A stretch of 64,000 bases of DNA, taken from Candidatus Latescibacterota bacterium. Lineage in GTDB: Bacteria > Latescibacterota > UBA2968 > UBA8231. Position numbers and translations under genes: made by a program. Of this stretch, positions 29,741-39,820 are shown in pieces (within the stretch, counting starts at the first letter, position 1; each line of letters starts with the position of its first letter). The notes beneath the pieces were generated by a model that saw only the letters and a list, made by a program, of their open reading frames with translations, made no database searches and was not told where the DNA came from. The stretch spans positions 2,848,001 to 2,912,000 of the forward strand of contig OZ242214.1 in assembly GCA_965206595.1 (NCBI GenBank). Reading direction: 5' to 3'.

Positions 29741-32266
29741 CTAAAAGTTGTAACTGACTTTGGAGTACCAGAACGCCCCGTTGAAGCCGAATGGGGTGTA
29801 CTCGCTGTACTTTTCACCCACGGAACCTTTGTTCTCGTTCTCTTCCGGGAAGGTATTGAGCACATTGCGGGAGCCAAGGGTGATGCGCACTTCTGCATTC
29901 AGTTCGATGCTGGTTTCGATATCGAACAACGGCCACACCGCGGGATATTTCTGGTCGTTATCCCTGTCCCACCAGGAATCGTAATAGCTCATGCGCACCA
30001 GGGCATCCCACCTGTCGTGGAAAGACTGCGTCAAGGTCGCGTTGGCGCGGCTTTCGGGAAGTGCCTCCTCCAGTTGCCGCACGCGGGTCTCGCTCAATGT
30101 TGCGGTGAGCCGGGTTACTTCCGTGTCCGTGAGGTTGTAGACAAGGCTGACATCGCCATTGCCCGCCGGTGCGACGAACACGACGTCGACGCCGCGGGTT
30201 CTGGTTTCGAAGTCGTTGATGAAGAAACGGAAGGTCTGGATGTTTCTCGCGCTGGTAATGCCCGAAGCGATCAATTGGTCGCGCTGGGCATCGGTCAGGG
30301 AGTAGTCCGTCGAAATACCCAGGCGGTCCTTCAGGTCGATCTGAAAATAATCGACGGTCAAACTGAAGTTGGCCCTGTCGACGATGAAGCCGGCGGTGAA
30401 GTTGTTCGACTTTTCAGGGTCGAGAGGCTGGCCGCCCACCAGTTCCGAGGCGGCGTGGGTCGATGGAATGGTGCCTATGTTGACCAGGTCGTTCAACGCC
30501 GGATCGAATCGGGTCGATACGTTGAAAGAATTCTGTTGACCGGGTGTGGGGGCTCTGAAACAGGTGCTGAAACTGCCGCGCAATTTCAGCTCTTCCGTGA
30601 TGCCGAAGTGGGTAGCCGCCTTGTAGTTGAGGGTCGAACCGAAGTCGCTGAAGTTTTCATAGCGCAGCGCCAGACCGAGCAGCCAATGGTCCGACGGGGT
30701 CCATTCGGCATCCCCATAAGCCGCATAGTTGGACCGGCTCCAGTCGCCGCCGGCTATTTCGCTGAAGCCGGAAAACCCATTGGACGCGGCACTGAATCCC
30801 TGGGGGGCCAAAGGACCTATTTCATAGGACTCGGGTTGTCCCTGCACAACTTCGTAGTTCTCATTTCTGTATTCGAGACCGGCGGCCAGAAAGACCTGTT
30901 CGCTTGCCGGAAATGTAAAGTCGAGGTTCAAATTGAGGTCTTTCTGGATATAGCCTCCGGGATCGAACTCCGTGGGGGTATCGCGTCCCAAAGAGGCATT
31001 CACCGTGTTCTTGATTGCGAAGTCGGCTTCGTGCCTTCCGTGATAGGCGCTGAGGTCCCATGTCCAGAGCGGGTCGAACCTTGAGCCCTTGACCCCCACG
31101 AGAAGGGACTGATCGGCGGTGGTGCCGCCGAACCGGGGGGTGAAACCGCCGGGAAAGAGTTCGCGGAAGGTGAAATAGTCATCCTTATTGCTCAAAACCT
31201 GCTGCAGCGCGTCCGGGTCGGCCACATTGCCGGTTATTTCGACCGTGGGAGGATCGGGCGCATCCGGGTCCAACTTGCCCACGAGCAAGGTCTCGCCGCC
31301 ATCGGCACTGAAGACGCCCCCGCGCGTATTGGGATTTCTGAAGAAGAATCCGCCTTCCACTTCCTTGCTCGCATGGTTGGCATAGCCGTAGAACCTGGTG
31401 TATTCCGACAGGTTTCCGCCGTAGTTGGCAAAGAATTTGAGGTCGTTCCTGATGATGGGCGAACCCCAGACCTGGGCGGGATCGGCCACGTCGGTATTGC
31501 CGGCGGCAATGAGTGCCTTGGCGTCGTCGCGTTGCGCCGATCGATCGGTATCGTCGGCGTTGCCGTATTCCAGGCTGAGGTTGGCCCACGCATCTTCTCT
31601 GCCCAGACCGATGTTGCCGGCGAAGCTGCGCGTGAACCCATCGCCTGCCTGGTAGATACCGGGCCTGATTTCAATCGAGCCGCCCCGGTGGCGGTCTTTG
31701 AGCTGGAAACTCATCACCCCGGCAATGGCGTCCGAACCGTATTGCGCCGAGGCGCCGTCGCGCAGGACTTCCACCTGTTTCAGGGCAATCGCCGGAATGA
31801 CCGATAGGTCGGCTCCTTGGGCGCCGTCCGCTACGCCGTTGCCGTGCCAGACGACGAGAGAGCTGCGATGGCGGCGCTTGCCGTTGACGAGCACCAGCGT
31901 GTGGTCGGGGGCCAGGCCGCGCAGATTGGCCGGACGGACGAGAGTGGAGGCATCGCTGATGGGTTGGGTGTTGACGTTGAAGGAAGGCACGACCGTTCTC
32001 ACCAGGTTCTGCAGATCGGCTGCGCCTTGCTTGACGATCTCGGCGCCGCTGACCACGTCCACGGGCACGGCCGAATCGACGACGGAACGCGGTTTGGCCC
32101 GGGAACCGATGACCACCAGTTCTTCGAGGACGATCACCTCGTCAAGGACGGATGTCGTATCCGTGCTTTCGGAGTGCGGCGTTTCCTGCGACGCGGCCGG
32201 TCCATGCGCAACGAGCAGGGCGGCGATGCCGAGTACGAGAGAGAAAAAACGATAGTTGTGTTGCAC
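29741..32266 (-). CDS. TonB-dependent receptor
   Basis: EELVVIGSR TonB box, LRGLAPDHTLVLVNGKR, EVLRDGASAQYGSDAIAGV plug, C-terminal YNF; GTG start with AGGAGG RBS. Confidence 0.93.
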   Translation of the reverse strand: MQHNYRFFSLVLGIAALLVAHGPAASQETPHSESTDTTSVLDEVIVLEELVVIGSRAKPRSVVDSAVPVDVVSGAEIVKQGAADLQNLVRTVVPSFNVNTQPISDASTLVRPANLRGLAPDHTLVLVNGKRRHRSSLVVWHGNGVADGAQGADLSVIPAIALKQVEVLRDGASAQYGSDAIAGVMSFQLKDRHRGGSIEIRPGIYQAGDGFTRSFAGNIGLGREDAWANLSLEYGNADDTDRSAQRDDAKALIAAGNTDVADPAQVWGSPIIRNDLKFFANYGGNLSEYTRFYGYANHASKEVEGGFFFRNPNTRGGVFSADGGETLLVGKLDPDAPDPPTVEITGNVADPDALQQVLSNKDDYFTFRELFPGGFTPRFGGTTADQSLLVGVKGSRFDPLWTWDLSAYHGRHEADFAIKNTVNASLGRDTPTEFDPGGYIQKDLNLNLDFTFPASEQVFLAAGLEYRNENYEVVQGQPESYEIGPLAPQGFSAASNGFSGFSEIAGGDWSRSNYAAYGDAEWTPSDHWLLGLALRYENFSDFGSTLNYKAATHFGITEELKLRGSFSTCFRAPTPGQQNSFNVSTRFDPALNDLVNIGTIPSTHAASELVGGQPLDPEKSNNFTAGFIVDRANFSLTVDYFQIDLKDRLGISTDYSLTDAQRDQLIASGITSARNIQTFRFFINDFETRTRGVDVVFVAPAGNGDVSLVYNLTDTEVTRLTATLSETRVRQLEEALPESRANATLTQSFHDRWDALVRMSYYDSWWDRDNDQKYPAVWPLFDIETSIELNAEVRITLGSRNVLNTFPEENENKGSVGEKYSEYTPFGFNGAFWYSKVSYNF

Positions 32267-32369
32267 TGTAGCCTCCTGCGGCAAGGGTGTGAAGGCGGGT
32301 TTCTACACACCTGCCAACAAAGTAATTCAGGTGCGTCGCATATTTTGCCCTTTCAGTCTTTCTGCATAG

Positions 32370-32550
32370 GGCATAGGTATACACAAATTCAGGATCTACA
32401 TCGACACCGTGATCCCACTCAATTGTGTCGAAGGAGACACGGGCACTCTTGAACTTCTCGTAGTCAGCAATTTTTGTGACTGACAGAAACATGGCTGAAT
32501 CCTGAAGGGCTCCTCACCATTCATCACGAGATCCCAATTGGCCATCATGC
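32370..32550 (-). pseudogene. Remnants of a DUF4160/DUF2442 toxin-antitoxin-like pair
   Basis: MMANWDLVMNGEEPFRIQP (DUF4160-like C-terminus) overlaps MFLSVTK..FKSARVSFDTIEWDHGVDVDPEFVY (internally deleted DUF2442-like). Confidence 0.6.
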
Positions 32551-32886
32551 TTCGATGGACGCCCGTTTTGTTGAACAGGAGCACATCGCCAGGCTCGAAA
32601 TCCTCTTCGACCTGGTGATTCTCGAGTATCTCGACCATGGTCGGTGAATTGAGCATCCCCGTACGCATGGAAGTACTCGGGTATGCCCGTCCTGACCCCG
32701 GCTCGCTCCTTGGCCTCCAGTGTCGAGACAACCGCAGGCACTCATTTCGACTTCGACGCGATCAAGCAGCGTGTCGACCACGTTGGCGGTGAAGAACCCT
32801 TCCAGTCCGACGAAGCCGTCGCGCTGGAATTTCTCCTTGTGCTCGCCGTTGACAAGGAACTCGTTGTCGAAGGGATAACTGCTCAT
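32551..32886 (-). pseudogene. PhyH-family fragment
   Basis: KEKFQRDGFVGLEGFF N-terminus and EPGDVLLFNKTGVHRS in another frame; the middle is missing. Confidence 0.55.
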
Positions 32887-32908
32887 AGCTCATTTCTTCG
32901 TCAGCGGC

Positions 32909-32950
32909 CTGCTGCTGGCGCTGTCGCCGATTCTCTATTTCGCGGGTTCG
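32909..32950 (+). repeat. 42-bp direct repeat, right copy
   Basis: Matches 23874-23915 at 41 of 42 positions. Confidence 0.9.
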
Positions 32951-32986
32951 CAGGCTGCGGGGGGTCGCAGCCCGGACCGCTGCAAC

Positions 32987-33556
32987 TCACTTCCCCGGGG
33001 GAAACACCTCCGGGTTGCGCTGCCGGAAAAGCTCCAACCAGTAGAACCCGGCGACGACGAGGGCGTGGTCGATGTCGCCGTTGCGGATCAGGCTTTCGAT
33101 CTCTCCCAGGTCCACCTCCTCGACGGCGATCTCCTCGGCGGCGTCGAGCCGGGGCTCCCGCTGGCGCCGCACGTCCAAGGCGAGGAAGGTGTGCATGTGG
33201 TTGTCCTGGATCGCCGGGTTGGCGGCCACCCTGCCGATGGGGATGAGCTCGGCGGCGGTGTACCCGGTCTCCTCGAGCAGCTCCCGGCGCGCGGTTTCCT
33301 CGTGCGTCTCCCCCGCGTCGACCACGCCGCCCGGGATCTCCAGGCTGATCTCCCCGGTCCCGTGCCGGTACTGCCTGATGACGACCACCTTCCCCTGCGG
33401 GGTGACGGGGATGACGTTCACCCAGTCCGGCATGCCCAGGACGTAGAATTCGTGAAGGGCCCCGGTGCGCGGGGACCGGCGCCGCTCCCGGCGGAGCTTG
33501 AAGACGCGGAAATCCCCGAGGTCCTCGCTGTTGGCCGTCGGCCAGTGCCCGGTCAT
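32987..33556 (-). CDS. NUDIX hydrolase (ADP-ribose pyrophosphatase-like)
   Basis: Nudix box GGVVDAGETHEETARRELLEETG; IRQYRHG. Confidence 0.92.
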   Translation of the reverse strand: MTGHWPTANSEDLGDFRVFKLRRERRRSPRTGALHEFYVLGMPDWVNVIPVTPQGKVVVIRQYRHGTGEISLEIPGGVVDAGETHEETARRELLEETGYTAAELIPIGRVAANPAIQDNHMHTFLALDVRRQREPRLDAAEEIAVEEVDLGEIESLIRNGDIDHALVVAGFYWLELFRQRNPEVFPPGK

Positions 33557-33565
33557 CGGATCGGC

Positions 33566-34984
33566 TCAGATCTCGAGGGCCTCGCGCAGCTGGCGCAGCG
33601 CCGCTTCCGGGGTCGTCGACACGTCGACGGCGATCGCTTCGGCAGGGATCTCGAGGGTCTCGAACTGGCTGCGCAGCAGGTTCCGCGGCATGTAGCGGTG
33701 CACGCGGACCGCCAGGCGGGCGGCGATCACCTCTTCGGCGGCGTGCAAGTGGGCGAAGCGGACTTCGCTGCGGCCCGCGGCGAGGAGGTCGCGGTAGTGC
33801 CGCTTCAGGGCCGAGCAAGCGAGGATGCAGCTCTCGCCGCGGCCGATCCGTTCCCCGAGCATGGCGGCGAGGTGCTCGAGCCAGGGCCGCCGGTCGTCGT
33901 CGTCGAGCGGCACCCCGGAGGCCATCTTGGCGACGTTCGCCTCCGGGTGGAAGTCGTCGCCGTCGAGGAACGGCCACCCGAGCTCGACGGCCAACAGCTC
34001 CCCTATCGTCGTCTTGCCGCTTCCGGTGACTCCCATCAGCACGAGCGCCACCGGGGGCTCCGGCGCCTGCAATACCCTGCGGTAGAACAGCTGCAGTACC
34101 CGCTGTCCGGCGGCCGACACCGCGCACTCCACCGGGAAGCCTGCCCCACTTTCAAGGCCGCAGGCTACCCTGCCTCGCGCCTCCGCGGCCGTGTCGACGT
34201 CGATCCGGTGGACGGCGGTCTCGCAGAGAGAGCTGTCGATGACGAAAGCGACGGCGAGCAGGTCGTGGAGGTGGATGACCGACCTTCCCTGGGTCTGTTC
34301 CATGCGAGCCATGCCGGTGCGCGCCGCCGCCTCGCAGAAAACCGCGGCCGGCGTGGGATCGGCGCTCAGCCGCCGCTGCAGGGCGGCGCGCGACAGCTCG
34401 ATCTGGTGGGTGGCGTCAAGCGGCACCAGGGTCACCTCGGCGCCGGAGCGTACGACCGCTTCCGCCGCCTCCGGGTCGGCGTAGAAGTTGAACTCGGCGC
34501 CGGCGGTGACGTTTCCCGGCTCCGCGAGGGCCCCGCCCATGACGACGATCCTTCCGGCGCGCTTCAGCAGGCCCGGCTCGCGGGCCTCGGCGAGGGCGAG
34601 ATTGGTCAGGGGGGCCACCGCGATCACGGTGATCCCGGGCTCCTCCCGCAGGCGGCGCACCAGGTAGTCTACCGCGTCCCCGGAGGCTTGGCCGGAAGGG
34701 GACGGCAGCTCGGCCTCGCCGAGACCGGTGGCGCCGTGAAAGTGGGTGGCGCGCAGGGGCCGGCGGCGCAGGGGCCGCGCCGCGCCCGCGTACACCGGGA
34801 CGTCGCCGCGGCCGGCGAGCTCGGTGATCCTGAGGGCGTTGGCTACCCCGGTGGAAAGCGGCACGTTGCCGCTGGCCACGGTGATCCCCCTGACCTCGAG
34901 CTCGGGCGAGGCGAGGGCGAGCAGGATGGCCATGGCGTCGTCGACGCCGGGATCGACGTCGAGTATGACTGCTTCGGGTGGCAT
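33566..34984 (-). CDS. Nucleoside hydrolase - gluconokinase fusion
   Basis: DVDPGVDDA, PLTNLA, AEFNFYADPEAA, LHDLLA, then MGVTGSGKTT, DGDDFHPEANVAKM, LACSALKRHYR, LLRSQFETLE, with no stop between. Confidence 0.85.
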   Translation of the reverse strand: MPPEAVILDVDPGVDDAMAILLALASPELEVRGITVASGNVPLSTGVANALRITELAGRGDVPVYAGAARPLRRRPLRATHFHGATGLGEAELPSPSGQASGDAVDYLVRRLREEPGITVIAVAPLTNLALAEAREPGLLKRAGRIVVMGGALAEPGNVTAGAEFNFYADPEAAEAVVRSGAEVTLVPLDATHQIELSRAALQRRLSADPTPAAVFCEAAARTGMARMEQTQGRSVIHLHDLLAVAFVIDSSLCETAVHRIDVDTAAEARGRVACGLESGAGFPVECAVSAAGQRVLQLFYRRVLQAPEPPVALVLMGVTGSGKTTIGELLAVELGWPFLDGDDFHPEANVAKMASGVPLDDDDRRPWLEHLAAMLGERIGRGESCILACSALKRHYRDLLAAGRSEVRFAHLHAAEEVIAARLAVRVHRYMPRNLLRSQFETLEIPAEAIAVDVSTTPEAALRQLREALEI

Positions 34985-35312
34985 TGTGGCGAGGCCTTTA
35001 TGAGCTTGCGGAAACCCTTCGCCGCTGTCCCGGACAGCGGCCCTGAAAGTCGGTTGGTGAAGATCTGCGAAGTACCGGAATCGGGGCGAACCGGAGCGAT
35101 TGGGCCCTCGGCGAGACGCGAAAACCCTCCGCGAGGACGGTCCGTCCGCCCCACCCTGCACATGGATCCGCGTCCGGGGGAATCCTATCCAGCACCCGGG
35201 CGAGGGTCAAGCGCCTTCCCCCTGCCGCGGCGACCTGGCGCCTGCGAGCGCAATTCCGCGTGAATTCGACCCCCGTTGCCTTCGCTCGCCGTACACCCCC
35301 GGTATAGCTCGC

Positions 35313-36560
35313 TCAGGCGCCTTGCGAGCCAGACGCATCGGCGCCCTCGTTCGTTCGCCCGCTAACGGGGGCTGGCACCAGGGTCTCGGGAACCCACACC
35401 AGCAGGATCGCGGCGGCCGCGACCCCGACCCCGGAGACGGCGACCGGGGCCGCGGTCAGACCGAGGAGGTCGGCGACCGGGCCGACGACGAGGGGGCTGC
35501 CGGCGTTGCCGGCGTCGCCGATGAAGCGCCAGACACCGAGGAACTCCGCCCGCGCATCCCCGGGAGCGAGGTCGGAGCCGAGGGTCAGCATGGTACCCGA
35601 GCCGATGCCGTTGCCGAAGCCGATCAGGATCGCCACCGCGGCGAGGCCGGCGAAGCTGCCGGTCAGGGGAATCGCCGCGATGCCCACGGCCTGCACGAGA
35701 AAGCTCGGAACCGAGGCGAACTTGCGGCCGAAGCGGTCCATAAGCAGACCTGCGGGATAGAACATCAGCATGTCGACGCTGTACGACAGGCTGGTGACCA
35801 CGCCGATGTCCGCGGCCCCCAGGCCGAGCTGATCGGCTCCGTACAGGGGGATCAGGACGTTGCGGGCCGAGCGGACCAGCGACACGCAGAGATGGGCGGC
35901 GCAGGCCGGCACGATGGCGTGGTGCTCCCGGATCATGCGCACCAGGACGCCCCTGCGGCGTCCGCCCGCCCCGGGACCGGAGGGCTCCGGCCCGTCTCCG
36001 GGGATCCACCGGGCCGCGGCCAGCAGCGCCAGTAAGGTGAGCCCGGCGCAGGCGAGGAAGGGGACGCGCAGGCCGAAGGCGGCGGCGAGGAACCCCCCCG
36101 CCGCAGGCGTGAAGAAGGAGGTAACCCGGTTGATCCCGCCCATGACGGCGCTGGCGCGCCCGCGGCGGTCGCTGCGGATCGCCTCGGCGAGGAACGAGTG
36201 GCGGGAGATGTTCCACATCGCCGTGCCGATGCCGCCGGCGAACTGCACCGCCACCGCCTCGAAGACCGATTGCACCCACCACAGGCCCAGCAGCGACAGC
36301 GAGACCACGAGGCCGCCGGCGAGCATGACCCGCTTGCGCCCCAGGCGCCGGATCAGCACCCCGACGGGAAGGTCGGCGGCGAGGTTGCCGCCGGCGCCGG
36401 CCGCCAGGATCAGGCCGACGGTGGCGTAGGAATCGGAGAACTCCCCGGCGAACAGCGGCAGGATCGGCAGCAGCAGGCCCCGCGCCAGGCCGTTGATGAC
36501 CGTGGGGGCGTAGAGGGCCAGCAGCAGCGAGCCGCGCGCCGGGGTACGGCTCTCCGTCAT
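35313..36560 (-). CDS. MFS transporter
   Basis: GVLIRRLGRK and GLLMDRFGRK motifs; about 12 hydrophobic segments. Confidence 0.88.
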   Translation of the reverse strand: MTESRTPARGSLLLALYAPTVINGLARGLLLPILPLFAGEFSDSYATVGLILAAGAGGNLAADLPVGVLIRRLGRKRVMLAGGLVVSLSLLGLWWVQSVFEAVAVQFAGGIGTAMWNISRHSFLAEAIRSDRRGRASAVMGGINRVTSFFTPAAGGFLAAAFGLRVPFLACAGLTLLALLAAARWIPGDGPEPSGPGAGGRRRGVLVRMIREHHAIVPACAAHLCVSLVRSARNVLIPLYGADQLGLGAADIGVVTSLSYSVDMLMFYPAGLLMDRFGRKFASVPSFLVQAVGIAAIPLTGSFAGLAAVAILIGFGNGIGSGTMLTLGSDLAPGDARAEFLGVWRFIGDAGNAGSPLVVGPVADLLGLTAAPVAVSGVGVAAAAILLVWVPETLVPAPVSGRTNEGADASGSQGA

Positions 36561-36606
36561 CGATCGCGGATCGCCGCGGGCACGGGTATGCGGCGCCGGC
36601 CCCGGC

Positions 36607-36999
36607 TCAAGCCATCGGCTCGCGGCGTTCGCACAGCTGCAGGGCGAGTCCCCAGGGGTCGCGCAGCATCGCCATGCGGTCCCCGGAGGCGTTCTCCGAG
36701 ACCCCGCCGAGAGCGGTGGCCCCGGCCGCGGTCAGGCGCTCGTGGTCGGCGCGGGCGTCGTCGCTGGCGAAGGCGATGTGCAGCAGCAGCGGGTTCATCG
36801 ACCCGTAGTCGGGGACCTCGTCCGGCAGGGCGCGGTAGATCTCGAGCATCAGGCGGCCGCTGCCGTCGGCGAGGAACCGGGTGTCCGCGGGCGGATCCCC
36901 GGCGCGCACGACCTGCATGCCGAGATGCCGGCAGTACCATTCCGTCATGGCGACGGGATCCTCGACGTTGACGGCGAAGTGCTCGACGTGAAGTGCCAT
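36607..36999 (-). CDS. VOC/glyoxalase family protein
   Basis: EHFAVNV, LHIAF, RDPWG. Confidence 0.88.
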   Translation of the reverse strand: MALHVEHFAVNVEDPVAMTEWYCRHLGMQVVRAGDPPADTRFLADGSGRLMLEIYRALPDEVPDYGSMNPLLLHIAFASDDARADHERLTAAGATALGGVSENASGDRMAMLRDPWGLALQLCERREPMA

Positions 37000-37030
37000 G
37001 GAAAAGCTCCTTTGAAGCGAAACTTTAACT

Positions 37031-37102
37031 GCCCGTTGAAAAGCCCATCTGCTGCGGCCGGCCCCGGCGGTCGGGCCTGCAGGAGCAACTGTATCAACGG
37101 GC
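37031..37102. repeat. Short element with 9-bp terminal inverted repeats (MITE-like)
   Basis: GCCCGTTGA...TCAACGGGC; a similar left end lies at 5166-5199. Confidence 0.4.
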
Positions 37103-37205
37103 TGCTGTGCGTTGTCGGTGGAATGGGCAGGCGCTACGTTCTTTTCGATTGAATTCCGCGCACCCGCAGCGCGACCGAAAATATAGAAAACCCGCCCCCT
37201 GCCTC

Positions 37206-38252
37206 GTGAAGATCGCCCTACTGCTCTCGGGAGGAGTCGACAGCTCCGTCGCCCTGCGCCTGCTCGTGGAGGAGGGGAAGCACGAGTTGCGCGCCTGCTA
37301 CCTGAAGGTCTGGCTCGAGGACGATGCGGCGCTCGCCGGCGACTGCCCCTGGGAGGAGGACGTCCGCTACGCCCGCGCCGTCTGCGAGCAGCTCGGCGTG
37401 CCCCTGGAGATCGTGCCGCTCCAGGCGGAGTACCTCGAGCAGGTGGTCGGCCACGCCCTCGGCGAGCTCAGGGGCGGGCGCACCCCGAGCCCGGACATCC
37501 TCTGCAACCAGCGCATCAAGTTCGGGGCCTTCCTCGAGCGGGTGGGAGATTGCGACGCCGTCGCCTCCGGGCACTACGCGCGCCTCGGGCGGGAGAACGG
37601 CCGCGCCGTTCTGCTGCGCGCCGCCGACCCGGTCAAGGACCAGACCTACTTCCTGTCGAGCCTCGGCCAGCAGCAGCTGCAGCGCCTGCTCTTCCCGATC
37701 GGGCATCTCCTGAAAAAGGAGGTCCGCGATCTCGCCGCCGGTTTCGGACTGCCCACCAGGGACCGCAAGGACAGCCAGGGGATCTGCTTCCTCGGCAAGA
37801 TCGACTACCGCGAATTCATCGCCCGCCGCCTCGGAAAAAGGGAGGGAGCCATCGTCGAGAAGGGGAGCGGCCGCGAGCTCGGCAGGCACCGGGGATACTG
37901 GTTCTACACCATCGGCCAGCGCTTCGGCCTCGGCCTCGGCGGCGGCCCGTGGTACGTGGTCGCCAAGGACCTCGAGCGCAACGTCGTGTACGTCGCCCAC
38001 CGCGACGCCGCCGAAACCCGGCAGCGCCGGCAGTTCCGCGTCGACCGCGTCAACTGGATCTCGGGACCGCCGGAACGGACCGACCTGGAGTGCAAGCTGC
38101 GCCACGGCCCCGGGACGACCGGCTGCCGCATCGATCCGGAGGCCGACCCGGTGGCCGTGACCCTGCAGCGCCCCGACCCGGGTATCGCCAGCGGCCAGCA
38201 CGCCGTGTTCTACGACGGCGAGCGCTGCCTCGGCGGCGGGGTCATCACCTGA
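37206..38252 (+). CDS. mnmA: tRNA 2-thiouridylase MnmA
   Basis: SGGVDSSV, TPSPDILCNQRIKFG, SGHYAR, KDQTYFL, DSQGICF, GQHAVFY. Confidence 0.96.
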   Translation: MKIALLLSGGVDSSVALRLLVEEGKHELRACYLKVWLEDDAALAGDCPWEEDVRYARAVCEQLGVPLEIVPLQAEYLEQVVGHALGELRGGRTPSPDILCNQRIKFGAFLERVGDCDAVASGHYARLGRENGRAVLLRAADPVKDQTYFLSSLGQQQLQRLLFPIGHLLKKEVRDLAAGFGLPTRDRKDSQGICFLGKIDYREFIARRLGKREGAIVEKGSGRELGRHRGYWFYTIGQRFGLGLGGGPWYVVAKDLERNVVYVAHRDAAETRQRRQFRVDRVNWISGPPERTDLECKLRHGPGTTGCRIDPEADPVAVTLQRPDPGIASGQHAVFYDGERCLGGGVIT

Positions 38253-38261
38253 TGAAGACAC

Positions 38262-39044
38262 GTGACTGAGCCCCACCCCAGGCTCCTCGAGCTGCTCGAG
38301 GGGGCCTCCGACATCCTCGTCTTCACCGGCGCCGGGATCTCCACGGCGAGCGGCATCCCGGATTTCCGCGGCCCCCGGGGAATCTGGAAGACGCGCCGGC
38401 CCGTGTACTACCAGGACTTCATGACCTCGGAACGGGCGCGCATCGAGGCCTGGGAATTCAAGCTCGAGGGCTGGGAGCAGTTCCGCGACGCCAGGCCGAC
38501 CCCGACCCACGAGGCGATCGCCGGCCTCGAGCGCGCCGGCAAGCTGTTGATGGTGGTCACCCAGAACATCGACGGCCTCCACGGCAAGGCCGGCACCTCC
38601 CGCGACAAGCTGATCGAGATTCACGGGACCAACGCCGAAATCGAGTGCCAGACCTGCGGCGAGCGCTCCGATCCGGAGCCTCGCTTCGAATGCTTCAGGG
38701 CAACCGGCCGGCCGCCGGCCTGTCACTGCGGCGGCTTCCTGAAGTCGGCGACGATCAGCTTCGGTCAGGACCTGGTCGCAGCCGACCTCGAGCGCGCCGC
38801 GGAGATGGCGGCCAGGACCGACCTGGCAGTGGCCCTCGGATCGACCCTGGAGGTGTACCCGGCCGCTTCCATTCCCCTGATGGCCGCCGAGCGCGGGGCG
38901 CCCTACGTTATCGTCAATCGCGGCGAAACCGGGCACGACGCCCATCCCGGTGTCACCCTCCGGCTCGAGGGCAGCGTCGACGAACTGTTCGCGCCGGCAT
39001 GCCGCGCGGCGTGCATGACCGGCAGCAATTCGGGAAGTGAATGA
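38262..39044 (+). CDS. cobB: Sir2-family NAD-dependent deacylase
   Basis: TGAGISTASGIPDFRG, TQNIDGLH, IHG, CxxC zinc site, GSTLEVYPAA. Confidence 0.92.
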   Translation: MTEPHPRLLELLEGASDILVFTGAGISTASGIPDFRGPRGIWKTRRPVYYQDFMTSERARIEAWEFKLEGWEQFRDARPTPTHEAIAGLERAGKLLMVVTQNIDGLHGKAGTSRDKLIEIHGTNAEIECQTCGERSDPEPRFECFRATGRPPACHCGGFLKSATISFGQDLVAADLERAAEMAARTDLAVALGSTLEVYPAASIPLMAAERGAPYVIVNRGETGHDAHPGVTLRLEGSVDELFAPACRAACMTGSNSGSE

Positions 39045-39810
39045 GATGACGGAAGCAGGCCTCAAGTCGCTGTCGCAGGCCCAACTCGACCAGTTTCGCC
39101 GGAAGGGCTTCGTGGTGGTCGGCCCCCTGCTCGAGGAAGGGGAAGTTGTCGAGCTGAGGGAGGAGTACGACCGCCTGTTCGCCGAGGCCCGCGAGACCGA
39201 GAGGATGCGCAACCTCTCCAGCTCCGACGGGCAGGCGTCCACCGCCGCGGAGGAAGAGATGCTGCAGATCGTGCAGATGTGCGAGCGCAGCATCCTCTAC
39301 CGCCGGCTCCTGTACGACGACCGCCTCCTCGATCTGGCGGAAGACCTGATCGGCCCCAACCTGCAGCTGTTTCACGACCAGGCCCTGTACAAGCCTCCGC
39401 GCCACGGCGGCCCCATCCACTGGCACCAGGACAACGGCTACTGGCAGTGCGCGCCGGCGAACCTCGTCAGCTGCTGGCTGACCCTCGACGACGTCGACGT
39501 CCGCAACGGCGCCATGCACCTGATCCCCGGATCGCACCTGCGGCCGGAACGGCACGAGCCCCAGGAGGGGACGCCGCTGTTCGACCTCGGCGACCGGGTC
39601 GACGCGGAACGGGCCGAAGTGGTCGAGCTGCCCGCGGGAGGAGTGATGTTCCACCACTGCCAGACCCTCCACCACACCCCGCCCAACAACACCGACCGCG
39701 AGCGCCGGGCTTTCGCCATTCACTACATGAACCCGGGAACCCGCTCCCTCAGGGACGGGGAGCACATGCCGGTGAATTTCTCGCGGCCGCTGCTCAGGAT
39801 GCGCATGTAG
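39037..39810 (+). CDS. PhyH family dioxygenase
   Basis: KPP, WHQDNGYW, NGAMHLIPGSH, TLHHTPPN..RR. Confidence 0.92.
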   Translation: MNEMTEAGLKSLSQAQLDQFRRKGFVVVGPLLEEGEVVELREEYDRLFAEARETERMRNLSSSDGQASTAAEEEMLQIVQMCERSILYRRLLYDDRLLDLAEDLIGPNLQLFHDQALYKPPRHGGPIHWHQDNGYWQCAPANLVSCWLTLDDVDVRNGAMHLIPGSHLRPERHEPQEGTPLFDLGDRVDAERAEVVELPAGGVMFHHCQTLHHTPPNNTDRERRAFAIHYMNPGTRSLRDGEHMPVNFSRPLLRMRM

Positions 39811-39820
39811 AAGGGGACGC

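Noticed and set aside
23916-32908. Prophage or ICE
   Set aside because: No integrase, transposase, phage or conjugation genes lie between the repeats.
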